This document shows positions 26,247 through 39,800 of a stretch of 64,000 bases of DNA, piece after piece. This DNA is from an uncultured virus (IMG/VR IMGVR_UViG_3300046463_000302) (lineage: Duplodnaviria; Heunggongvirae; Uroviricota; Caudoviricetes). The stretch is taken from IMG/VR virus record IMGVR_UViG_3300046463_000302; one strand, 5' to 3'. The position numbers and the translations under genes were made by a program. Every line of letters starts with the position of its first letter. Position 1 is the stretch's first letter. The notes below the pieces were generated by a model. That model was not told the origin of the DNA. It saw nothing but the letters and a program-made list of their open reading frames with translations, and did no database searches.

Positions 26247-27716
26247 ATGGGATTCAATTTTGGCGCATTCGCAGGCGGGCTCGGTCAGGGCGTCAACAAT
26301 GGCATTGCACTGAGCAACCAGATTCGGCAGCAGATCAACGACGAGAACGTCCGCGACCTTCAGCAGAAGGGCATGCAAGAGGCGCAGGCGCAGCGCGAAC
26401 AAGCCATTGGCGAAAGCATCAAGGCAAACGGCTTGCACGGCGCCGCTGACCCGCAGACGGCGACGGACAATGCGACGGCTGCGGCAACCAACGTAAGCCC
26501 CGCGCTCGGCGGCCTGATGGCGGGTGCCGACGTAAGCCAGTCGCCGGCCGCGCAAGCTCAGCCGCAAACCCAGGTGAGCGCCGCCGGCAGCGCGCCGATG
26601 TTCTCGAAGGATGCGCCCAGCAGCTATACCGTCGGAGGCAAGCAGTACGGCGACTTTGACAGCGCCAAGGCCGCAGCTTCCGCCAATGCGCCGTCGGCGA
26701 TGGATCTTTTCATCAAGGATTCTGTGCCAAAGGTGTCCCAGCTGTACCTTTCGCAAGGCGATCCGCAAAAGGCGCAGGCGTGGCAGGATTGGGCGGACAA
26801 GTCGGCAAACCAGCAGAGCATGAAAACCTGGGCGAAGGCGTATCAGGCCGCGCAGATGGGGGACATGGACACTGCAACCGATCTCATGGTCAAGCTGTAC
26901 GACAAGGTCGACGATGGCATTTCGGTCGTGAAGAAAACGCCGACACTCGACCAGAACGGCCAGCTAAAGGCTTATACGATCACGCTCAAGCAGGACAAGA
27001 CGGGCAAAACGTGGGACCAGGAAGTAACGCCCCAGGCGCTGATGACTATGGGTATGGCGGGCCTGTCTCCCGACAAGCAATTCGAAATGCAGTACAAGAC
27101 TCTGACCGATGCGGCTGCAGCGCGCGCCAAGTATGCGGCGCAAGATGCGCACGACGAACGGGTATTCAAGCGCGACATTGCGAAAAAGGGCATCGACGCG
27201 AAGATCGACGAGGCGAAAGATGCGCGGGTCACGGACCGCGATCTCGCGCTCGAGGACAAGCGGCACGGCAACCGCATGGAAGAGGACAACAACAAGACGA
27301 CGCTCGAAACGGCGAACATCGGCGCGAAGGAGAAGGCCAAGGTTCAGGCGAAAATGGATGCGCTGAAGGCCGCCGGCTACTCGGACGACGATATCAAGGG
27401 CTTGATGCCGACGTTGCTGAACGCCGACACGTACAAGAAGCCGACGTCGCCGGCAGAGACGCGCCGTATGGCCTTTGATGCGCGCATGAAGGGCGACTTC
27501 TCTTTCGCCAATAAGTCGTCGGCTGAACAGAACAAGATCATCGACAGCGATATCGCGACGATCACAGGCGGCGCAGCGCCGACTACCGGCAAGACGGCCA
27601 ACCCGTTCGCCAACCCGGCCGCATCGGGCTTGCCTGCATCGGGTGCGCAACCCGCAGGGAAGCCGCAAGGCATTCCGGTCTACGACACGAAAACCGGGCA
27701 AGTCGTCTACCAGTAA
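26247..27716 (+). CDS. ejection protein 3 (helical)
   Basis: MGFNFGAFAGGLGQG start, Q/A/K-rich, precedes giant protein. Confidence 0.7.
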   Translation: MGFNFGAFAGGLGQGVNNGIALSNQIRQQINDENVRDLQQKGMQEAQAQREQAIGESIKANGLHGAADPQTATDNATAAATNVSPALGGLMAGADVSQSPAAQAQPQTQVSAAGSAPMFSKDAPSSYTVGGKQYGDFDSAKAAASANAPSAMDLFIKDSVPKVSQLYLSQGDPQKAQAWQDWADKSANQQSMKTWAKAYQAAQMGDMDTATDLMVKLYDKVDDGISVVKKTPTLDQNGQLKAYTITLKQDKTGKTWDQEVTPQALMTMGMAGLSPDKQFEMQYKTLTDAAAARAKYAAQDAHDERVFKRDIAKKGIDAKIDEAKDARVTDRDLALEDKRHGNRMEEDNNKTTLETANIGAKEKAKVQAKMDALKAAGYSDDDIKGLMPTLLNADTYKKPTSPAETRRMAFDARMKGDFSFANKSSAEQNKIIDSDIATITGGAAPTTGKTANPFANPAASGLPASGAQPAGKPQGIPVYDTKTGQVVYQ

Positions 27717-27805
27717 AGGCCCGGCGCATGGCGTGTAAAAGTATGGTGCGATTTTCTAACCACTTGGGCTAAAATCGCACCACTTAACACGCTCAAGGGT
27801 GCGCC

Positions 27806-30800
27806 GTGGCTGATAATCCGTTCCTGCAAAATCCGTACGATGCGCTGACCAGCGATCTCAACGCACAGGCGCAGGCGGACGCAGCAACGCCGCTTCCATC
27901 GATCGACATGCCGGCACGCACGCCGGCCGCCGCGCCAGCATCCGATGAAGGATCGCGCGGCGCGGGCACGGACAATCTTCTCCCGCCCGCCAAATACCGC
28001 GGACTCTTCGACGCGACAGCACAGAAAACCGGCGTGCCGGTAAATGTGCTGATGGCGCTCGCGCACCAGGAGTCGCGCTACAACCCGACTGCGCTGGGCG
28101 AGCAAACGAAGTGGGGCCGTGCCAAGGGCATGGCGCAATATCTCGACGGCACCGCATCCGATCGCGGCATCAACCCGTACAACCCCGACGAAGCTATCCC
28201 GGCAATGGCGCAGGATATCAAGCGCCGGCTTGATCGTGGCGACACGATGATGGAAGCGATCAAGGCGCACTTCGGCGGCGATGACCGTTCGGCGTGGGGC
28301 CAAAAGACGGCGGCGTACGGCGCTGAAGTTATGGCGAAAGTCGGCAAGATCGCCGCCATGCTGCAAAAGCCGGGTACGAACCTGAACGATTCGCTTGGCG
28401 ATGGCGAGCAGGCAATGTCGGACGATGCCGCTGCGCTTCAGGGCAAGCTCGATAAGCAGGATCCCGGTAGATACAAGGTGCTGACTGCGGACGAGGCCGC
28501 CAAACTCTCTGCATCGCAGAAGCCAGCCGACGCGCCGGGTGCGCCGATACAGGACGCATCGAGCGGCTTGAACCTCAATCTGCTCAGTCTCACGAATGAC
28601 GACAAGGCGGACTGGTCGTATATCGGCAAGTCGCTGAAGGCGGGCGCGTTCGATGTTGCCGGCGCCGCGGCCAAGATCCTCGACACGCTCAACCCGTTCA
28701 CGTTGAGCAAGGCTGACGCGGCCACGCTGTTCAAGGACGATCCGGCGAAGCTGAAGGAAGTACAGGACTCTAGCGCTTCGATGATCCTGTCGCGCTTTGC
28801 CGATTCGATGCAGAAGCACGGCAATGACACGATGGACACGATCTCGCCGGATGCAAAGGCGAAGTTCGGCAACCTTGAGTACGCGACGCTCGACCCGAAG
28901 AAGGCCGCATACCTTCAGCCGGCGAAGGTCATCGGTGACGCCGTGCGCTCTCTGCCGACTATGGCCGCGCTCGCGGTCACGGCATATTTCACGCGCGGCG
29001 CCGCTGCGCAGGCAGAGAAAGACGCGCTCGCCGCTGGAATGCCCGCCTACGCCGCTCGCCAAGCCGGTATCGAAGCGGCGCAGCACGCGGCAGCACGCGT
29101 TGGCGCTGGCTCTGAAGGCGCCGTCGGCTATGCGCAGCAATCGCTCTCGACGGCTGATGATCTAAGCAAGAAAACCCCGCAGGAACTCGCGCAGACGTCG
29201 CCGAAGTACGCTGAACTGATCGCGCAGGGCTACACGCCCGAGACGGCCAAGGCGCAACTCGTTGCCGACACCGCAGAGGCCGCCGGCCAGATCGGCGGCA
29301 TTGTCGATGCCGCAGTCAATCACGTCGGCGGGCACTTCCTCGGCAAGATCCTCACGGAAGGCGGCCCGTTCATCAAGCGTGTTATGAAGGGCTTCGTCAA
29401 TGAAGGCTCGACTGAGGCGGTGCAGAGCGCAGGCGAGCAGCTTGGCCAGAACGTTGCCACGCAGCAAAACATTGACCGCAATCAGGACACCTGGCAGGAC
29501 GTCGGCGAGAACGCCGCGCAAGGTCTTGCCGTCGGCGGGCTGACTGGTGGCGCGACGGCGGGCGCGGGCGGGCGTGGTGGGCCGCAGCATCAACCGGGCG
29601 ACCCGAATGTTATCGACGGCCATGCGCGCATTGTGGATGGTCCGGACTGGATTGAAGCGCCGGGCGCCGCACCGGCAGGCTCGCCGCAACTTCCGTACGA
29701 CGCAGCGAAGTTGCCGGCGCCGACGGCCGCCGCGCCGGGCGCATCGCCGCTCTCGAGTGCGGTGCAGAACGCCGCGAACCAGCACGCCGCGCAGAAGGCG
29801 AATGTCGCCGCAGCTGCGCAGGCCGGCGAGCGCGTCAAGGTCACGACGCCGCAAGGCGAAATCACTGGCGCACTTGATCGACTCGCGACGGGCGAGAACG
29901 GCCAGTTTGCCGCGCGCGTGCTTGGTGACGACGGCCAGATCTATCACTTCACGCACGATGACGGCGTGACGATCGCGCCGGAAGGTGCGGAGCAGGCGGC
30001 AGAGGCCGCGCCCGCTTCGGAACCCGCCGTGCCGACGAAGCCGACGGACACTGCCGTCGACAATTCCGGTCATCCGGACGACGAAACGCTGTATCCGCAA
30101 GCGGTTGATCTCGTCACGGCGCATCAACGCCCGTCGATATCGCTTGTTCAGCGGCATCTTCGTATCGGCTACAACCGCGCCGCACGCCTGCTGGAACGCA
30201 TGGAGGCAAACGGTATCGTTGGCCCGATGCAGGCAGACGGCTCGCGCGCAATGCTGCGCACCGCCGAAGCGGCGCCCGCTGCGCAGCCGAAGAAGGAAGC
30301 GCCCGCAGCAGCCGCGCCCGCATCGCAGGGCGGCCAGCGCACGCTGAACGTGCGCGGCAAGCGCACCCCGGTCCAGTTCGCGACCGAAGGCGATGCCAAG
30401 CTGTTCGACGTCGCGACGAACCTCAACGCGATGCGCCTCGGCGCTGGCGACTCAGCATCGGTCGCCGCGAAGTCGACGCGTGATTACCTGGCGAAGCTCG
30501 CCGCGAATACCGGCCGCGACGAGAACACGGTTTCCGCGATGGTCGAATCGATGCGCAAGGCCGTGATGGCAGCGCTTCGCGATCACCAGGACGGCACGCT
30601 GACATTGCCGCCGCTCGTTGAACTGACGACGAACGGTATGCCCAAGATGCAACCGGAGAGCGCCGCCAATGGGACGCCTACTGCTACGCCTGATGAAAAA
30701 CCCGCGAGCGCTGCAGGCGAGCGCGCGCCGCAATCCGGTAGCACTGGTGACGCTGCTGGAACTGGAAAGCCTGTCGAGCAGCAGAACGCTGCACTGACGA

Positions 30801-33800
30801 CGACAGAGGCCGCACCCGTCAAGTGGTTCGGCACGCAGGAGAAGGCTGACGCTTTCATCGCGAAGAAGGGGCTCGCCGACACGCATCAAGTCGTGGAGAC
30901 GAAGCGCAACCGCTTCGAGATCCAGCCGAAACCGGCGGCGCAGGCTGAAGCACCGAACGCGCCGGAAGCCGCTCCAGCACAGGCTTCGTCGGGGGCGCGC
31001 AAGGTAGGCGGGCGCAAGCTGAAGGAGGGCTTCAAGCAATTCTCCCCCGACACAGGCACGCTGGGCATCCCGCGCGAGGAAATGCCGCAGGTTCCGACCG
31101 AATCGCACGGCGCGTTAGTCAATCACCTGAACGCGCAGGGCATCGAGCATGAAACCAAGATGGTGCCGGCTGATGAACTGAAGCCGACGCAGGCCGAATA
31201 CTCGCCAGAGAAGGTGGAGAAGGCGAAGGACGCTACCGGCGATCGTGCCGTTATCGTGTCCAACGATGGCCACATCATCGATGGGCACCATCAAGCGCTC
31301 GCCGCGCAAGAGGAAGGCAAGGACGTCAAGGCGATCGTGCTCGACGCGCCGGTTCATGAGGCACTCGATGCGGTGAAGAAATCGCCGAGCGCGCAGACCG
31401 AGCAGGCGAAGCCGGCATTCGACGCCGAGAGCAAGTGGCAATCTCTCAGCGCTGGCGATATCCATGACGTGCTGGAAAAGGCTGGCTTCACGGACGAGAC
31501 TGGCAGGCTCACGCCGGAAGGCTCGAAGATCGCGCAATCCCATTTCTCCGACATTCCGGCCGGCGCGTGGGAAAAGATCGTCAACGCAATGGAGGCCGAG
31601 CCGGCCGCCGACGAGTCGCCGCGCCAACCGGAACCGCCGAAGGGCAAGGGTCCGAAGGTCGACTTCAGCAAGAACAAAATGTTCACTGAGGACAAGATTG
31701 AGGCAGCGCGCGCACGCCTGCGCTCGAAACTTGGCACGTTGAACAGCGGCATCGATCCCGAGATCATGGCCGACGGCCTTACGATCGCGGGCGGATACCT
31801 CGAGGCGGGCGTACGCGAGTTCTCTGCGTTCGCCAGCGCACTCATGGACGATTTTGGCGCGAAAATCAAGCCTTATCTGCTATCGTTTTACGAGGGCGCG
31901 CGCCACTTCCCAGGCTTGGACACCGAAGGCATGACGGAGTCCAGCGAGGCAAAACGCCTGCACGGCGAACTGATGGCCGAGAAACCGGCTGAACAAACCA
32001 ACGTAGAGGCACACAATGACGCCAAGCCAGTGGAAGCGGACGCTCGAGCAGGCGATGAAGGATCTAGCGCCGCAGTCGTACGCCAGGATGGTGGCGGACG
32101 GGACGCTCAAGGGGTATCTGAACAACCTGCTGGCGAACGTGTCGAACACGGTGGCGCAGATGCAGGATCAAGCGATCAACAGCCACGTAACGCAGGGGAG
32201 CCCGCAGTACGTGGCGGATCCGACGGCGCGGACGCAAGCGCTAAACCAAAACGCAAAGTCGGCGGAAGAAACCGCCCTGTCGCAAGCGGTGGAGGAAATT
32301 CGCTCCCTCGAAGCGCAGCAGGACAAAACCACCGAATTGCCGTAGGCGAACTGAAGCGCGAAGGATCGTGGATCCAGACCGCCGAGCGCAACGTCGGCAT
32401 CATTGAGGCAGTCAAGCGCCTCGCAGCTGAAGGCCGCCGGCCGACGCCGGAAGAAGCGCGCGAGTTCGCGAAGTACACCGGCATGGGCGCGAGCGAGATC
32501 GCGAACGGCATCTTCCCGAACCAGTACGGCCAGTACAAGACGCAGCAATGGCGCGCGCTGGGCGAACGCCTGAAGGCCGCGCTGACTCCGGAAGAGTACG
32601 AGGCCGCGCGCCGCACCACACAGTATGCGCACTACACCAGCGAGGGCGTAATTCGTTCGGTGTTCAACGCGCTCGACCGCCTGGGATTCAAGGGCGGCTC
32701 TGTGCTTGAGCCGGGTATGGGCGTAGGCCACTTCAACGGCCTGATGCCCGACCACATGGCGGCGACCAGCAATTACACCGGTATCGAGTACGACCCGATC
32801 ACCGCGGCAATCGCCAAGGCGCTTTACCCGCAAAGCCATGTCATTGAAGGCGACTATACGAAAACGTCGCTCCCGAAAGACTTCTTCGACGCGGCTATCG
32901 GCAACCCGCCTTTCGGCAGCATCAAGATCACGAACGATCCTGAGTACAAGAAGCACGGCTTCATGCTTCACGACTATTTCTTCGCCAAGACGCTCGACCG
33001 CGTCAAGCCGGGCGGACTGGTCGTGTTCGTGACCAGCAAGGGCACGATGGACAAGGGCAGCAGCCGTGCGCGTGAGTTCATGGGCGAGCGTGCGAACCTG
33101 CTGGGCGCCGTGCGCCTGCCGCAGACCGCGTTCCTGCACAACGCCGGTACCGAAGTCGTGACCGACGTTATCTTCCTGCAGAAGCGCGGGCCCGGCATTC
33201 CGGACAACGGCACGAAGTGGATGGGCACGGCGCAAGTGCAGACGCCACAAGGCCCGGCTCACATCAACGAATACTTTGCCGCGCACCCGGAAATGGTGCT
33301 TGGCGCGCACGCGCTGACTGGCTCGATGTACCGCGCGAATGAGTACACCGTACTCCCGCGCGAGGGCGATATCGAACAGCACTTCGCTGAAGCGCTAACG
33401 AAACTGCCCGAGAACGTCTATCGCCCAGCGCAGGGCACGGCCGCCGAACGCGCCGTTGTGCAAGACCGCGACTTCAATCCGAAGCACCGGAAGGAGGGCG
33501 GGCTGTACGTCGACGATAACGGCCGCCTGATGCAAGTAGAGGACGGTACCGGCGTTGAGGTTGTGAGCCGCTTCGGTTCCGACGGAAAGGTTATCCAGTT
33601 GAAGCCGCGCGAAAAAGCGTGGCTGCGCGACTATGTTGGCCTGCGCGATGCGATGAAGCAAACGCAGTTCGACCAGTTGAATGATGGCGGCTGGGAAAAG
33701 TCGCTGAAGGCGCTGCAATCGGCCTATGCCAAGTTCGTCGAGAAGCACGGCAACGTGCTCGAATACACGACGATGGAGCGCACCGGGCCGGATGGCGAGA

Positions 33801-36800
33801 TCACGACGACGCGCCTGTTCAAGAATCGCGCGCTGTTCGGCGTGGATGCAGAGGGCGCGCTGGCCTATGCGCTCGAAAGCATCGCCGAAGATGGCTCGAT
33901 TGTGCCTGGCGCCGTGCTCAAAGGCCGCGTGCTCAACAAGCCGATCGATCCTGAGATCCGTTCGACGCAGGATGCGATGTTCGTGTCGCTGAACCGTCAC
34001 GGATCGCTCGACGTGGAGGACGTTGCACGCCTCGCGGGCGTGGACGTCGCGCGCGTCATTGAGGATCTTGGCACGTCGATCTATGAAGCGCCGGGCAAGG
34101 GCTGGCAACTCGCCGACGATTATCTGTCGGGCAATGTCGTACGCAAGCTGAAGGAGGCGCGCGCCGCGGCCCGCGTGAACCCGCGCTTCCAACGCAACGT
34201 TGACGCGCTGATCGCTGCGCAGCCGCGCCCGCTGGGCCCGACTGATATTACGGTGCGACTCGGCCAGAATTGGGTACCGCCGAAGGATATCGAAGCGTTC
34301 GCGAAGGAGATCATCGGCGACCGCATGAGCGTGACGTACAACGAGAAGTTGAATTCGTGGGACGTGACGCCGCATGAACGCAACGTGTCCGAGTGGGGCA
34401 TGGAGCGCATGCCGGCATCGCTGATTCTCGATGCGGTGCTCAACTCGCGCCAGATCAAGATTACGTACAAGGATCAAAGCGGCAAGACCTATACCGATGC
34501 CGAATCGACCGAAAAGGCGAACGACATTGCGCGCAAGATGAAGGAGGCGTTCCGCCGCTGGGTCTGGACCGACACCGCGCGCTCCGAGCGCTTGACGAAC
34601 TACTACAACGAGCACTTCAACAACATCGCGCCGCGCACGTTCGACGGCTCGCACCTGACGTTGCCGGGCCTGTCGTCGCGCTTCAAGCCATTCGATCACC
34701 AGAAGCGCGCAATCTGGCGCCAGATCCAGCAGGGCGACACGTACCTTGCGCACGCGGTGGGCGCCGGCAAGACGTTTGAAATGATCGCGGGCGGCATGGA
34801 GCAGCGCCGCCTTGGGCTTATCAAGAAGCCGGTCTACGCCGTGCCGAATCACATGCTGGCGCAGTTCGCTCGCGAGTTCCTCGAGTTCTATCCGGCGGCC
34901 AACATCATGGTTGCTGACGAACAGAATTTCCACACCAGCAACCGTCGCCGCTTCATCGCGCAGGCCGCGCTGAACAACCCGGATGCGATCGTTATCACGC
35001 ACTCGGCGTTTGGCCGTATCGGCATGAGCGACGAGTACACGAACGAATTCATCGGCAAGCAGATCAAGGAGTGGCAGGACGCGCTGGAGGAAGTCGATTC
35101 GGGCGACCGCATCACAACGAAGCAGATCGAGCGCCGCATTGAAGCGCTCGAGCGCCGGATGGAAGGCAAGCAGGCCAAGGAAAAGAAAGACAAGGTTCTC
35201 ACGTTCGAAGAACTCGGCGCGGACATGATCTACGTCGACGAATTCCATGAGTTCCGTAAGCTGGACTTCGCGACCAATCAGGGCAACATCAAGGGTATCG
35301 ACCCGGCGGGCTCGCAGCGGGCAATGGACCTGATGATGAAGGTTCAATACCTGCGCGAGAAGAACCCGACGCGCTCACTGGTCGCAGCATCCGGAACGCC
35401 GATCACGAACACCATGGGCGAACTGTTCACGGTCCAACGCTTCTTCCAGGAGAAGCAGCTTGAAGAGGACGGGCTGAACACGTTCGACGCGTGGGCATCG
35501 CAGTATGGCGACGTCGTTACCGGGCTCGAGCAGAATGCGGCCGGCGGCTATGAGAACGTGAGCCGCTTCGCTAAATTCCAGAACGTGCCGGAACTGATGC
35601 GCCGCGTACGCTCTTTCATGGACATTCTGACCAGTTCGCACCTTGGCGAGCTAGTCGAGCGTCCGACGGTTGAGGGCGGCCAGCGTCAGGTTGTCGTCAC
35701 GCAGGCTCCCGACGGCTACAAGGAGTATCAGAAGCAGCTCGAAACCCGTATCACGGCGATCCGCAACCGCAAGGGTCCGCCGCAGAAGGGCGACGACATT
35801 ATTCTGAAGGTCATTTCGGACGGCCGTTTCTCGGCGATTGACATGCGCTTCGTGGATCCGACGCGCCCGAGCGATCCCAAGTCCAAGCTCAACAGGATGC
35901 TGGACGACGTCATTGCCGCCTACCATGAGACGGCGGATAACGTCTACGTCGACAAGGCGACCGGCAATCCTGACCCGATCAAGGGTTCCTCGCTGATTAT
36001 CTTCACGGATATCGGGCTGGGCGAGGCGGCGGCCGAAAGCCGTGGCTTCGACATGCACGCGTGGATCCAGCATCGTCTCGTTGAGGCGGGCATCCCGCGC
36101 GCGCACATCGCGTTCATGCGGGACAACAAGCAGCACGCGAAGAAGGAACGGCTGTTCGCCGCAATGCGCGCGGGCGAGAAGCGCATCCTGATCGGCGGCA
36201 AGGACATGGAAACGGGCGTGAACGTGCAAAAGCGCCTCACGCACCTGTTCCATCTTGACGCGCCCTGGTTCCCGGCATCGGTCGAGCAGCGCGAGGGACG
36301 CATCGTGCGCCAGGGCAACCAGAACCCGAACGTCTGGATTGGCGGCTATGCGACCAAGGGCAGCTACGACAGCACCATGTGGGGCATGAATGCCCGCAAG
36401 GCACGCTTTATCGAGCAGGCCATGAACGGCGATGATTCGGTGCGCTCGCTGGACGACGTCTCCGAAGCATCGGCCTTTGAAATGGCCGCTGCGCTGGCAT
36501 CCGGAGACGAGCGTTACATGAAGCTCGCCGGCCTGAAGGGCGACATTGACCGCCTCGAGCGCTTGCGCGCGGCGCACCACGACGAGCAGAACAAGTTGAT
36601 GCGCTCGAAGTCGTGGGCCGAATCCGCAATCCAGCGCAATCGCGCGATAGTTGAGGCGATCGACAAGGCGCTTGCCGTGCGCACGCCGATCCGTGCGGGC
36701 GAGTTCGCCGGCAAGGTTGGCGAATCGACGTTTGATGCCCGCGACGACTTTTCTGGTGCGCTGTTCGACGAGTTCAAGCGCCTGAGTGACGAGAGTTTCG

Positions 36801-39800
36801 ACGGCGAGAAGCAGATTGGCGAGATCGGCGGTTTCCCGATCACGTACTACGGCGTGGCCGGCAAGAAACTCGGCGACTACAGCGCGAGCGTGCATGTGGG
36901 CCTGCCGACAGACCCGTCGCCGCTGATCCAATGGCCAGTGCGCGACGACTTCGCAATCAACGGCATCGCTGCACGCGCAGTGAACCAGATTAACGGGCTC
37001 GACAAGGACGCCGCCGAATCGCGCAACACCATCGCGCAGGAAGAACGCCGCCTGAAGCAGATCCAGAGCCGCCTCGGCGCGCCGTTCCCTGAAGAACAGG
37101 AGCTTCTCGAAAAGATCGCCGACATGAACGCGCTTGAAACCGAACTGGCTGCGGAAAAGCCGGAACAGGAAGTAAGCCCCGAAGCGCTCAACGCAACTAC
37201 CGACGTAGACCCGAATCCTGCCGGCGACGAGCCGCGGCGCTCCATCGCTGCACCGACCGATACCGGCGCAGCGCTGCGCGCGGGCGAACTCGGTGCGTTC
37301 ATCGGCAAGCTAATCGATGCGGGTCGTATAGTGCTGCACGATACCGCACGAAGCGTTCCGGGCAAGCACCCGATCGGCACGCAGGCTGTGACCGAGCGCG
37401 ATGGCACGATTCACCTGGTGGGCGAGAACCTGAAGCCGGGCGAAGCGCAGGCCGTCTTGCTGCATGAAATGATGCACGGCGGCGTTCGCGCACTGATCGG
37501 CGGTGCTGCGTGGGACTCGTTGCTCAAGCGCCTCGATGCACTGCGTACGCAGGCCGAACGCTCGACGGGCCGCGCCCGCGAGTTTTATGACGCCGCACGT
37601 CGCCGCGTCGCAGGCGCAGAACTGGCCGGCGACAACATGGGCAGCGATGCCGTGCGCGCCGAAGAGTTTGGCGCATACACGGTCGAAGAGTACGAGAACG
37701 CGCCGAGCGCCTTCCGTAAGTGGGTGGACGACGTCCTTGGCGCGATCAAGGCATGGCTGATGCACCGCTTCGGCGTGCAGCTGGGCCGCGTCACGCCCGC
37801 GCAGCTTTCCGAGCTCGCAAAGGCTGCACTGCGCCGCGCCGCGGTGGCGCCTGAGACTGACCCGAGCGAACCGACCGGCCCGCGCCGTTCAGTGTCGAAG
37901 GAAGAGGCGGAAGCCGCATTGAACGAAGCGGCAGCATCGCTCAACGAGGAACCCGTCAACAAGGGCGACTATATCGGCCGCGTGACGTCGGACCTGTCTC
38001 TCGTCTCTCGCCTGTTCAACTACCCGCGCCAGATCGCCGCGTTTTTCCCGAAGTTCACGCCGGTCTACCGTACGGCTATCGACCAGATGGAGGCGCGCGA
38101 CGCAACGATTAGCGAGTTGGGGCACCACGCGCAGGCGTATGACGCGCTCGACCAGGCCGGAAAAGAGAACGTGAACCGTGCGCTTGAACTTGGCCGCCTC
38201 ATGTCCGAGACGTTCTCTAAGAGCGATTTGACTGCAGGCGTGAAGAACCCCGGCGAAGCAAAGGTCATGGAGCAGGACGCGAACGGCCGCCCGGTCTGGA
38301 CGTCCAAGCCGTTTGAATCGTCGCTGACGAAGAAGGGCGACACCATCAAGTTGTCCGCCGACGAGGCGACCGCGTACGCCGGCCTGCGCACGATGTTCGA
38401 TGCCGCGCTCGACAAGTTCCGCGATCAAACCCTCGAGGAAATGGGCTACGGCCAGTTTGCGGGCTCGACGGACGCGGCCAAGGCTATCGCTGCGACTATC
38501 ACGCCGGAAATGACTGGCGCACAAAAGGACCGCTTGCAAAGCGTGGCGCGCTTCATCGGCGAGATTGAGCAGGCAAAGCGCGCCGGCTACGTTCCGTTCG
38601 CGCGCTACGGCGACTACGTTGTGACGGTCAAGGAGACGCAGCCGAACGGCGATGACAAGACTATCTACTCGACGAAGGTTGAAACTGGCCTTAGCGATAT
38701 GCTCGCCGAGCGTGGCACGAAGGCGGGCCGCAAGCCTATCGACCAGATTCCGGCTGTGAAAGCAGCGATCGACGCCGCGCGCGCCAAGTATGTCGACGGC
38801 AACCCGAATCGCCGTATCGTGGCGTTCGCGCCCGAGCAGCGCCGCGCCGACCAGCCGGTCAAACTGTCGGACGTCGATGCACTCGCGCAAATCGCGAACA
38901 TCGATAACGATACGTGGGATGCGGTGCGCGACCAGCTTGCCGATGCGATCAAGGGACAGTCTTTCCGCAAGCACTTCTTCCACTCCGATAACGTGCCGGG
39001 CTACTCCGGAGACTTCGAGCGCGCGATTGCCGACTACATCATCGGCATGTCGGGCTACCTCGCGCGCCGCTCGCACATGGCCGCATGGAATGATTCGATC
39101 GACGGCATCAAGGGCCAGCCGAAACTCTACGACTATGCGCAGAAATACCGCGCGTACGCGAACGAGCCGCAGGAAGAATTGGCCGCGCTGCGCCAGGCCG
39201 GGTACTTCATGTACATCGCCGGCACGCCGGCAACGGCATTCGCCAACTTGACGCAGGTTCCGTTGCTGACGTTCCCGACACTCATGCAGGTTGCACCCTC
39301 GCACCGCGTTGCGTTCGAACTGACGCGCGCCTACAAGGATGCGTTCGCAATGCTCGCCGCGCCGCGCGTTGGGCTCGACCTGTTCGACCCGAACAAGGCG
39401 CCGGCCGACGTGCGCGGCATCCTGAAGGAAGCATGGGCCGATGGCGCATTCGTGCCGCAGGACACGTACGAAATGATGATGACGGCCCGCCAGCGCAACG
39501 TTGGGCGCCGGAAGGTCACGAAGGCTTTCAATACGATCTCGCAGGTTGTGTCGATCGCATTCTCAGGCGCCGAGCGCCTTAACCGACTGGTCACGTTCAT
39601 CGCCGCGGCGCGCCTCGCCGAGAAGGAAGCAATCCGGAAGAACGCAGAGAAGAACCTTGGCAATAATGCACTGGCCCGCGCGTCGATCCTGGGCGCGAAC
39701 TGGAGCCCGAAGGCGTTTGCAGAATGGGCTGTCGACGAAAGCCAGTTCCGCATGGGCAAGGGCAATCGACCGGGCGTGATGCGCGGCGTTGGCGCGGTGC

